Source: Catajapyx aquilonaris
Taxonomy: Eukaryota
DNA length: 55,772 nucleotides
Assembly: GCA_000934665.2 (NCBI GenBank)
Contig: KZ538657.1
Coordinates: 1 to 55,772 of the forward strand
Reading direction: 5' to 3'
The notes under the pieces were generated by a model, which saw nothing but the letters and a program-made list of their open reading frames with translations, was not told the DNA's origin and searched no databases. A program made the position numbers and the translations under genes. How positions within the stretch are numbered: position 1 is the stretch's first letter; each line of letters starts with the position of its first letter. Below are positions 11,601 through 22,600 of the stretch, in pieces.

Positions 11601-14600
11601 CGTCGGAGCGGCTCATTATGAAGCACCCTGTATTTCAAGAGCTAGCTAGTGTTCACATAATATAATCTGATGCAACAAATTAAAACCAGTGACTCATTCT
11701 GTAGACAGTGGGCCTACTTTCGAATGACACTGCCTAATCCGAAGTTCACCCGGCCGATTTCATATCCACAATATGCATTATGTACTTGTAAAATATGAAG
11801 AAATGTAGCCGACATGATGTTGATATCATGTCAATTCCAATCACATGCCCCCATTCAATCACATTTTGCACTGCACTGTATGCTACTTTGTAGGCTACTT
11901 GTTAGCTATACATAATGTACACAATAGGGTCAGAGTGACTTGTGTTGCACTGAAGTAGCCTGCAATAATTGACATAATAATAAACGTGAAAACCTGAACT
12001 GCAGAATGATCAGTCACAATGAAATAATTTTGGGATACGAAGGTTTTGAAATTGGATGATTGCATCATGGGATTCCTTTTTTTCCAACACCTCTCTAAGG
12101 GACTGAAATCGATCCAGAAGGAAACTGACTTGACCATCAAAGAGAATGCTCGAAGGACTACATTCTACAATGCCTCTACCCCGATCAGCCTCATAAGACA
12201 GCTCCCACCCACCGCCTTATCTGAATGCCATTTCCTAGAGAAACCTATGATGATAAGAGGCTGGGAAAGAAGCGGAGTTGTTCTGCCTTGCGTATGATAA
12301 TATTTACTATAATAGGCCTACCTCGTTTTAAAATAATGACAGGCATGATAACTGCACATGTTTGCCAGTGTATTTTATCGTCTGCAGTTATCGCGCTTGG
12401 GTTTCAGTAAGGTGTTGCATTAAGAAAATGCAGTGGGTGGGAACTGCGTTAAAAGGTCAATTGTACTCATCGCAGTATAGTATTATTTAGTAGGCTACTG
12501 CCTAAAATATTATTCACATAGTTCTGCATTTTCAGTCTCACTCGTAGGTGCACAATATTGAGTGCGTAGCATTGAACTTGGTAATTGCCAATTTTGACTT
12601 AAACCTAGCCTACTACCCTGTACTCCCGATTATCCGTGTTACAGATTATCTGTGAATCACCAAAAACTCTATTTAAAAAAAATGTCCGAAAAATGTCAAT
12701 ATGCCTCGCAAACGAAGAAATACAAGTATTATGTACCGGTATACGTACTTTTTCTATTAGACAAATTAAAAATTTATGGCAAGTTTTATTATTTTGATTT
12801 TAAAAACCTTATAGTTAGCAGCATACGCTATGTACACTAGTACATGACAAACCTATGAATAGCTCATTTTTTTACGGTATCTAGGGCCATTTTCGGATTA
12901 TCCGATTACCCGTAAACCCCCGTACATTCATTAGCACGGATAATCGGGAGTACAGTGTAATTCAAAATAAGTATATTCAGTTCTCCTGCAATATTTCTAT
13001 ACCCAATGCATAACTTCATTTCATTCTCAAATTAAGATAGTACAAGAGCATTTTCCACAATGACCCAATATTTACGTATTGTTCCTTGCCAAGTTGCACT
13101 TTTCTAGAAAATATTCCGGCACGCATATAATTATTTCATTTGTACAAAGACTTCGGGCATAAAGCAAAGACGTTCATATCAATCATTAAATTTTGAAACC
13201 CATGTACTGCGTCTCACTGTGCCTTCTATATATATAGACAGGGCACAACTGTGGCACCCCTACATGACCGTGAAAATATGTGAAAATGTGATGACATGTA
13301 CTGTACAGTAGGCCTAACATGTTATGTGCAATATGCCTATGTGATTAGTCATATTTACAAGAATGAAATTATTATTATTACTGTCACAATAAAATAAAGA
13401 CCTGAAATACAGTGATCACTGCTGATCAGTCACAATATTATGATTTCGAGATATGGGGTTATAAATATTTCTCCTTAAAGAGATTTATTTTGAATAAATT
13501 TTGAGCATCAGACTACTTGTATAATAGTAGCAGACAAGTGACTTGACCATCAGAAAGTAGCTACTGTATGCATTTATCCTGTTGATCCCACAAAAGTAGG
13601 TGCAACATGTCTTACTGTGTTCGTCTCTTGTCCTATACAGCAGCTGTCACGTGAGTTGTCCATACCTCTGAGCGCCGGTCTTGGTCGTATGGGCCTCGGA
13701 ATGGGTATGGGAATGGGCATGGGAGTGGGGTCACCTATGACCTTAAGTGACACATATCCAATGATGGGAGGACAACCAGCAGCTGCCATGGCTGCCGCAG
13801 CAGCAGCTTCAGTCTATCTTCACCCAGCTCATCATTACTTGCCTAAACCAGATGGACACCCGTTTTTCCTTTCAGCAGGTTAGTCACGTCACATTTGACC
13901 GTCAATAAATTACAGCTTGTATCAAATCAAATTAGAGAAAATCTCCGATAATGTGTATGCAATTGACCATAAAAAATCGGACATTTTCTTCTCAATTCTA
14001 GTTGATGAAACAAACACGGCTATTTTTTGACCCTTGCTAAATTCCGTAAACTTGTATACAGTACCACTAAAAATGATGAACCGTAATTACTACAAAGCGA
14101 GACTTGATTCTATCCAGAATAGGTACAACCTGTAATGATTTCTTGTGCCGTAATAAGTCTTGATCCTAAGATCCGCCATCTTGGTTTCTTTTGATCCCAA
14201 AAGAAGGGGACAAAGAGGGGCCATGCAGTTAATATCTCCAAGGCAACAAGTCAGAAACGCAATTAGAGCCGTCGATGAAAAAGTGAGGGCGGCCATCTAT
14301 CAGACAACCTCCTCTATGGAGGTAAAGTTAATGAAGATCCTGGGCATAAAGAGGTGATGCTCCTACCAGTTAATAACAGCGCTCAGGCTTTTAGGCTCAT
14401 CATATTGTAGACATGCCTTACATCTAGCTAAGAATTACTTTCTAACTATTTGCGAGACTCATTTCGAACATCATGTACAGTCCCTTACTCAAAGAACATG
14501 CATCGAGAATATTTTAGAAACCGTAACCAGCTAGAAACTCTACAAAAAGTTCAAATACAGTGTCTTAATATATTTTAGGGGCGGTAGCCCCTAAGTAAGA

Positions 14601-17149
14601 CCGGTTCTCCAAAGGTAATTTAATTGCAAAATGGGCACAATGTATAGCATGCATAAATAATGTCTAAATATAGCGTGACTTCGAGAGAAAATTATTTACT
14701 TGGATGATTTTATATGTTAGAGAGAAACGAAGTTGATATCTTAACGTCTCTCTCCTCAACCCGTTATCGAGCCTTTTGGGCCTCATTAGCGTTCTGCCAA
14801 TGCCTCATTTGTCAGGGACGGATCCTGTTGGGCTTTAAGCTGCTGCCCAGCGACTCAAAGCCAATTAGGCCTCTTCTACAGTAGAACTCAGACTCTAAGA
14901 TGGGGGGTGGAGGCGGAAATTTGGCTCTCAGACTCTAATCGGACCAATGGAATCGAGCGAATATCAGCGGGAGAAAGCTTTTCACTAAATTATCGCAGCC
15001 TTATTTCCAACCCTTTCCTTAGCTACATTTGCAATTTTCTTAGCATGTAGTTAACACTATCCTTACCAGTTCTCTTGCCCCATCGCTTGTAACTCGCACA
15101 GAGTGCAAGGACAGAATAATACAATTATGCACACATAAACATAGTATCGTACCAAACTGGGGAGTAGCGGCAACGTTCATGCCCACACATAGAAAAGTCC
15201 TGAGTTCAATCCCAACTCGAGTTTTCTCATCCATTGCGCTGAAAATTGTAGTCCGTCCTATTACAGGCTCTTCTGAGTGACAAGTGGTTTATTTGGAGTC
15301 ATCAATCAAATATTAATTAGTGCAGTAAATGCATGTAACATTCCCGAATACTAGGAAAATCCATGCGTGTAAATTGAAACGGGTCATCAGACCTCCCGCT
15401 AAATATTGATTATCTAAATTGCTGGGCTCACAGTATGGCTCAGTATAAGTGCTGAAATGTTCATCAGTGAAGTAGATGATTGACAATTTTTTTTGTAAGG
15501 ACAATGTAAATATGACAGTCATAAACACATCCGCATTAACTTATGGAAATCCATCAGTGTTTATAACTATATAGACAAGTGTAGAGAAAAACGAACACTA
15601 TACCTGGGACGTAATTTCCGCCGGATTTGACCATCACTCTAAGAAATCATGCAAAAATTGAGGAAAACAATGCATTCTAATATGTAATTTCCGATGACTT
15701 TATTTGTAATGTTCCTAACAATCACCTCCAATTATGCTTGAGAATTCTTCCTCCTGTTGTCCGGATTGATTGCACATCCATTATTCGACCACGAAATGAT
15801 CGTAGACATAGATTCGCTTCGAAATTTGCATACCACGTAAACCCCTCATAATAATGAATTTTAAAATATTTTAACCTCCTGAGACCCCTGGTACAGTATA
15901 CTGTACCTTTGTTTTTTCCAGCACCTTCTGACTAACTCAAACGCGTAAAAAAANNNNNNNNNNNNNNNNNNNNNNNNNNNCCCCCCCCCCCCCCACACAC
16001 ACATTGTACTTTTTCAGGTCTACCTTTGGGAACACTTTTCTCAACCGAAGCCGGTGCGAAACAATGCCGACGTCGAAAGGCACGTACAGTCTTCTCTGAC
16101 CAGCAGCTGAACGGCCTGGAAAAACGTTTCGAGGCTCAGAGGTACCTGTCAACCCCCGAAAGAGTGGAATTGGCCAACGCTCTCAACCTCTCAGAAACAC
16201 AGGTAACGACACCAAAAATAAAATTCGGGAGAAGGGGGTGGGGTGAGTAGCATAATGGAAACTCTTCCCCAACTTCCTAATCTACTCGTCTTCAAAAAAA
16301 AACTCTCTTAAGGCTAAAAACGCCGGATATCGGATTAAACCATGGAAATGTTTAGCACTTTACTAGAAGCGTTGTAATATTTAGAGTTTGCCTTTTTTTA
16401 TGTCAGGTGAAGACGTGGTTTCAAAATCGTCGGATGAAGCACAAGAAGCAGATGAGGAAGATGAATGAAGAGAAACAAAATGGAGGCAGCGAATCTAAGG
16501 ACAGCAAGGATGACTCCAGAGGTATGTCCATCTGTTGACATTAGCGTGTTACTGATCAAAGTCGATGATTATGTTGTGATACACTTAACCAAGCTCATAA
16601 GGCTGCCAGACCCACTACCTTATTGTTATTCATCCACCAGTAAAAACCCAAATGCGATAACTGAGAGGGATAAGATGCTCACAAAGGTCAGTTCGGCCGT
16701 CCCAAGGAGAAACGCCCTAACTCCAAAATGAGTAAGGGTGAAGGTCGCGTGCATGCCCTGCACTAATCCCTCCTGACTCAGCAGGGATTAGTGCAGGACA
16801 TGCATGCGACTTTCACCCTTACTAGTTTTGGAGTTAGGGTGTTTCTCCTTGGGACTGCAGACTTGTGCCATGTCAATGCTTTTTTGGTTGGGTTATAGTA
16901 GAATTGAAATAAGGATGTGAATCAGGAGTACATTTCACAACTGTTGCTGGTCCTAATAGTCTGCAAAAAATGATTTTTGAAATGACAAAACTACCTGCAG
17001 ACATGCCAGTGGACTTCTCTCAACGGTGCAACGGCAGTGGCAGCAGCAGAAATCCTTCTGAAGGTGGCTCATGTAGCGAAAACGAAGACGAAATCGACAT
17101 CATAGGGGAGGATCGACCCTCGGCTGTAGGAAGCCCGCCAATTTTATAA
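8461..17149 (+). CDS. bsh: Brain-specific homeobox protein (Bsx/bsh), spliced gene model join(8461..8655,13641..13878,16018..16202,16407..16521,17001..17149), 293 aa
   Basis: Homeodomain RRKARTVFSDQQLNGLEKRFEAQRYLSTPERVELANALNLSETQ|VKTWFQNRRMKHKK is typical of the Bsx family. It also has an N-terminal eh1 motif (TSFLIEDILFH) and a C-terminal acidic EDEIDI motif. All four introns are GT-AG with matching phases (0,1,0,1); total 882 nt including TAA. Confidence 0.93.
8838..9095. mobile_element. MITE in bsh intron 1
   Basis: About 40-bp perfect TIR TAATTGAATCGGTTTTAGGAAAAAGGATGTAAGTCACAAAA, with its reverse complement ending at 9095; non-coding interior. Confidence 0.85.
12616..12957. mobile_element. 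pogo/Tc1-mariner-like MITE in bsh intron 1
   Basis: TIR CTGTACTCCCGATTATCCGTG/CACGGATAATCGGGAGTACAG, flanked by TA on both sides. Confidence 0.8.
13641..13878 (+). CDS. bsh: bsh exon 2 (GM repeats, poly-Ala, YLPKP..HPFFL)
   Basis: Acceptor tcctatacag|CAG in phase 0; donor CAG|gttagt at 13879 in phase 1; low-complexity sequence typical of a transcription factor. Confidence 0.82.
15155..15225 (+). mobile_element. Decayed SINE head related to 4036-4366
   Basis: GGAGTAGCGGCAACG...GTCCTGAGTTCAATCCCAACTCG aligns by eye with the family A head. Confidence 0.55.
15875..15953. mobile_element. piggyBac-like MITE, copy 2 (runs into assembly gap)
   Basis: Preceded by TTAA; matches copy 1 from 5353 with one substitution until the N run at 15954. 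Confidence 0.85.
15954..15980. other. Assembly gap
   Basis: 27 N between poly-A and poly-C runs. Confidence 0.99.
16018..16202 (+). CDS. bsh: bsh exon 3 (homeodomain helices 1-2 and start of helix 3)
   Basis: Acceptor ttttcag|GT; encodes CRRRKARTVFSDQQL...LSETQ; donor CAG|gtaacg. Confidence 0.95.
16407..16521 (+). CDS. bsh: bsh exon 4 (homeodomain recognition helix WFQNRR)
   Basis: Acceptor tgtcag|GTG; encodes VKTWFQNRRMKHKKQMRK...; donor GAG|gtatgt. This frame is absent from the ORF track. Confidence 0.95.
16699..16855. repeat. Long imperfect inverted repeat in bsh intron 4
   Basis: Arms of about 72 bp (GTCCCAAGGAGAAAC...CTAATCCCT / AGGGATTAG...GTTTCTCCTTGGGAC) with 6 differences. Confidence 0.92.
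17001..17149 (+). CDS. bsh: bsh exon 5 (C-terminus)
   Basis: Acceptor cctgcag|AC in phase 1; encodes DMPVDFSQRCNG...SENEDEIDIIGEDRPSAVGSPPIL; stop TAA at 17147-17149. Confidence 0.82.
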
Positions 17150-19090
17150 ATCAACGACGGCAATGTGCGTGAAAAAGTCGTTGCCGTATGTCGTTGTTGT
17201 ACTTCGTTGTGGTGGTCATGGAATTTTATTTTTTTCCCACCTGATTTTTTCTTTGGACCATTTCGAACACAATTTCAAAATAATGTTAGCCTTCTATTTG
17301 AAATGGGTTTCCACTAGAATAAATGGTAGACATTTTTTAATCAGCCACGTTCTTTTTCAATGCCATCGGCATTGTCTACAGTGTTAGATCAACTCAAATC
17401 GTTTAGGGAGGTTTTTCCTGCACGAAGAAAAACACCTGGGGGTAGAGGCACAAATGGGTCCAAAGTTGTACCGTGCAAGTGCATTCTTTTCTGAGGGAAC
17501 GTTAGGGAACAAGTCTAGTCACGCCCTTTGTAACGAGCGAAAATGGCTTGTTCCCTTTCACTGTCCGAGGTAGTGTGCATTGTACGGTATAATCCTAATC
17601 ACGTGGATTCAGTCCTGAATTTGTAATGTACCGTTATGAATGTGCGTGTAGTGTATGATGGGGCAGCTCCGGAGGGAAGGTAGCACCGTCGCAGACCATT
17701 GCCCGCCCTCCGGTTTTGTCCATGCTGGAGCTGATCCCCATCAGAATGAGACCCGGCAGGTACAGGCATCGCTGTTTTGTGAAGTTATGCACACCATGAT
17801 CGGTCAGTGGTACCCCTTTGTGAATCAACTCCCTGGTTAGAAATATGTTCGAGGCAAGTACAAACAATGTGTGTTTTTTCCCCGGCGTTTCTAATCAGTT
17901 ATGTTACAAATGTGAAAATATCGGTATTTAACAATAACATAGCAACAATATTAACGTACTTTGCTCTCCATATGCATGCAGTGTCGTTCTGTTGCTTTTC
18001 TAGTCGACTCTCAAAATTTCACAAGAGGTTGTGATCTCAATTATGCCAAAGGAATGTAAAAGTAATTGTGTATCAGGTGATAGGCTATACTCATGGCTGT
18101 AAATAAATTATTACTTGGTAAGTCGGCGAATGATTGCGATACTTTGTTTTTTCCAGAATTTGTTTATGGCTACAAAGTTTCGTCACATTATGATCCAGCT
18201 TCGATCACCTTTTGACTAGCCTTATGACTTTGTTAATGACTAATCATCTGTATCCAAGTGTGAGCGTCATTACATTAGGAACTCCTGTTTCATTATTGAT
18301 TCAAAGTTACCGTACAAAAGCTCGAGAAAAGAAAGTGTATTTTACTACCATCGGAAGCAACATATTGCACTGTCACTACTACACAACCCTTCGGTTGCCT
18401 AAAGTAGCTCATCTGCGTTCTACAACAAAATAGCTCAAGTCTGGGAAGAAAACTGACATCCAACATATCCACAAGTGGTGCAAAATATTTGATTCGAAGG
18501 CAAATTTTATTATCACCGACCAAAAAAATGTTCTATCTGCCGATCAAAAGTGGCATGCCCAAGTATAACGATATGGGCCTCCTCTTCAGAACAATACGGT
18601 TAATCTGATCTGCATATAAAAAAGCGAGCGTGCACCACCGCAATATTTCTGCACTTGGGCAGGAAAACTATACCCTTAGATTCTCGACAACGTGACGTTG
18701 ATGATATGCTACCCTTTCCAAACAAGTGCAGTGCAGAAGAATTAGTTTACTGAGAGTATGGAGTGACGTGCCGTAAAGTCCAGCAGCTTTACACGAGAAG
18801 CACTAGTTCAGTTGAAGTGCATGACTCAGTCTTATCCTTTTAATGCAGGGTATTTTATCACGGCATGCTTGTTGCTCGCTTGGACTCATAACCATATAAG
18901 CATTGCAACGAGTCTCCTGTACTGCAGGGGCCATTATTTTCAAGTGGCTCTATTGCAAAAGGCCCGTGCCCTAATCGTAGACTTGAAGGTGAAATTGGGC
19001 AACGTGTGAGGTGTACAATTTTTTTTTAAATTATTGCTCAAGAGGAGGCGCGTATCCTCATTATATACCAGCTTTAGGCAGATTAGACAT

Positions 19091-19096
19091 TTTATT
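19091..19096 (-). terminator. Probable polyadenylation signal of the LRR gene
   Basis: AATAAA on the minus strand about 270 nt after the stop codon. Confidence 0.5.
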
Positions 19097-19366
19097 GGTC
19101 TGTGGTAATATCCATTCGAACGGTATTAGTAGTAACGGAGATAACACAGATCGGTAACAATAAACTTATCCAAATTGAGTAAGATTTCAAATATGTACCT
19201 TATTGTGATCAAGGTAAAAAGATTGATAAGAAAAACTACATCAAAAGATTGAAGCAAGAATTCCATACGTTTAAATAGAACTCAAACTAAACAGCATCGA
19301 CTGGCGCACAATGCAACAATCAGTTCTACGTACATCCTGTGTCAAACCACCTTCAACTTGTCCATG

Positions 19367-19610
19367 TTACACAACAGCTAGGCTCCTTGCCAGCACCAAC
19401 AAAACCGGAAAAACCCATCTTCCTGGAAGACTGTTTCCGGGTCCTCCATCAGCTTCCAACGGTTGACAACTCACCAACTCATCTCCCATAGTCTCACAGT
19501 CAGCTTCCTCTGGAGATTCCGTAGTTGGCTCCGGTACGCCTGCGGGACACATATCTGTTGGATCCAGCTGCGACACATTCAGTCCTTTCAACCGGGGAGG
19601 ACTTGAACAA
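19367..19610 (-). CDS. LRR gene exon 6 (second half of LRRCT, stalk, hydrophobic tail)
   Basis: Acceptor tatttcag|T TGT; encodes CSSPPRLKG...C; ends WVFPVLLVLARSLAVV-TAA. Confidence 0.85.
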
Positions 19611-22600
19611 CTGAAATAACACGACTGCGTTACTACCTTATCGTCAAATAGGACAACGTAAGAATGTAAGATAAGGTTTGGCCGCATTAAACTTTTAACA
19701 TGATGAGTCGTATAAACCCACGTAATATCATCTGCCAGCTCAGGTGTCCTCCTTGTAACTTGTTTGTTGATGAATGCTGGCATCCATCTTAACCTGCAGT
19801 CGCAAGACCACGGGTTACGACGGATGTCCACCACTCGGATGCGGTCCCAAGGAACCACCGAATCGGTCAAAGTGGTCATAGAATTGTTGTAAAGATGTAA
19901 CTGAAATGAGACATGCTGCTAACTCGTAAGACCACCACTTCTGGATGCAAAAAATGTGATCTTAGTTACCTGTCTCACAGGCCAGTAATACTTTCTGTGC
20001 GCCATCCCCCGAAACACCTCGTTGTGAAGCCTCTGAAGCCGATGATTGTGGCTCATATGCAGTAGTCTGAGCGATCTAAGTGGTCCAAAAGTGTACGGAC
20101 CTAACACGCTCAGCTCGCTCATATAGCTCAAACTCAGCTCTTGAAGATGAGCCAATCCCTGTAATCACACAAAGCCATGTTAATCCGCACTGATTTTGTT
20201 AATTGTCAAGTACAGTACAATCATACCTGAAAAGAGCTTTGGTTCAAGGTTGCAATTGGATTCATATCCAGACTTAACGAGTAAAGAGACTCGTGGGTGT
20301 TACGAAGCTCTGCCGGAACACTCCGAAAGCTATTTCCACTCAGATCCAGCAACTCCAAGTCTCCAAGAGCCCTAAGGAGACCCTCTGGTAGAGACGACAG
20401 CCCCGCATGACTCAAGTTCAGCACCTGAAACATTCCAACCATGATTTGACTTAATACCACTCATTTAAACCAGCTCCTCCATCAAAATTGGCCGCAATGA
20501 CCATAAGAGCCCCGAACTGCTTTAGAAGTCCGCTCGATAATTTGAGGATGTCCCCGTGGTAATTGCAGGATGCACTCATCTATAGCCCTAACATCCATAC
20601 AATTAAGTCTACAAAGTAATTGCACGCTGGCTAGAGTGTGGACAAAGGAAAATAGAGGAGGGGACTGGAAAGTGGAGGGCACACACACACACACACACAC
20701 ATTGCTCATATGTGAGGGCCAAGTGAATCAAGTGGCATATAAAAAAAAAAGTTCGCCGCATCACTTCCCTTATCAGCAGTTGACTTCATAAGAGGAAAAG
20801 AGTGGGCGGGGATATGGTTAAAGAATGGTGTGTGTGCTACTTGTATAATATAGATTTTGAGGGATGGGTAGGTGGGGGAAAGGAGGGAAGGGAAGGAGGG
20901 AAGGAGGAGAATGTCTCTTCCTGCCCGACACTGTAGCATCCTAACAGTACTTTCAGGCCTCATTACGCTCATTACGGTGAATTAAGTCCTTCCACAAGGC
21001 ACAAGCATCCCACGTTGCTTGCGCCAATCTTTGTTCCCTCTCCGGCAACTCCAGATTATTAGCCAACAAGAGTGCCTTTGTTTTGGTGAGCAAAACGTAG
21101 GAATTGAGAGACGCATCGACTGCCTTATTATTCACGCCTGCCTGCTGCATGTCATTTTGCACGTCTCTCCCGAGCTGCGCTGTAGATACAATCATTCACA
21201 ATTGATTCAGTACGATACCTTTGACGTAGCGTCACTCGTTTAGAGCATTTTAGAATTATTGGCAGAAATTGACACTTTTGCATATATGGTATCGTTCGGC
21301 TGCCACCTGACATTTTAAATAATGCATATCATAAATACCAATAAAATTTTGAAATTAAACTGATAATAATCTAGAGTATCTCATCACAGTGAAGCCTCTT
21401 GATTGGCGCTGACGGAAAAATGAGCCAATCTGAGGTTTATGCAATATACAGTATTTGCAATGATATGGAAATGCTCAGTGGTTTCCAACCGGGGCGGGGC
21501 GGGGGGTCGCGGGCAGGGTCTTGGTTAAACCGTTTTTTTAAATGCAATTTCCGTGTCTATTGAACAATTTTTGCAGCCGTACAGAGTGCATGTTTTCTGG
21601 AAAGGGGGCAGTTGTGGGAGGGTGGGTAAAATGTTGGAAACCACTGGTATAAACCAAATTGCATATTATTATTCCCCTGATATTCCATGTACCGATGTAT
21701 TGGCATTGGGGGGGAGGGGGGGGGAATTGGTTAATAGATTCAAACAATTCAATTACCGCACGTGCAGCAGACAGTGTGAAAGCCTTATTCTGTGACTCTC
21801 GCATAACCTTGAAGAGTCTTGAAGAGTCCTTGGATTTTGACGAATTGAAGCAAGTGGTTGTTTGGTAATGTTAATAGCCTCGTTATACACAAATATTTAC
21901 ACACTATTATGCTACAGTTTCGAACCTAAAATGAATACTTAGAAGAAGTCGGTATGATTGTTAAATAATTCTAGTTCAAATAAAATATATCGAGGACTTT
22001 GATTTATAAGTAAGTATCATAAAGTTACTAGTGCAGAGCTTTGCCAGGAATCATCCGCATTTTTCAAGAGTGAAATTTGAATTTGAGAATTTGCACTTAA
22101 TTCATTACATAATATTGAATAGAATAAGAGCACATATATATACTAGTCTTAATACTACAGGGTGGCACATTGAATAAGTCGACAACTTCAACATATAGGG
22201 GCGGGATGTGACCTGGATGACTCGCTCCAATGATGCATGTTCATTTCCACTTGTATATCCGATGTGTATAGGCTACGCAAGAGTGGACTGCGGAAACAGT
22301 AATCCATGATGTTTTCTCCGGCCCCATTGTTAAGAGGTGACAATTTAGGCAATGTACCACCCTGCATACTACACACTTGATAGTCGGTAACAAAATTGCG
22401 CACTTCTCCTTACAAATATAAGGTAATAAATTTTAACACTACAATAATAAAATATGGCTGTATCAATAAGCAAATAATAAATTTCACTATTGAATAACAG
22501 GACACATCATTATCCAATTTGCGAATATAACATAGTAAATTACCTGCAAACTCTCCAGAGAAGTAATTGCCAGGACTGTCTGGGGTCCGATGACCTTAAT

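Noticed and set aside
14755..14792. Hammerhead ribozyme (minus strand CTAATGA-GGCCC-AAAA-GGCTC-GATAAC)
   Set aside because: Core bases are wrong (CTAATGA instead of CTGANGA, GATAAC instead of GAAAC), and GATAAC is shared with the SINE tails, so it is better explained as a retroposon 3' end.
16465..16731. 88-aa ORF as a separate gene
   Set aside because: It overlaps bsh exon 4 in another frame and runs into the intron and inverted repeat.
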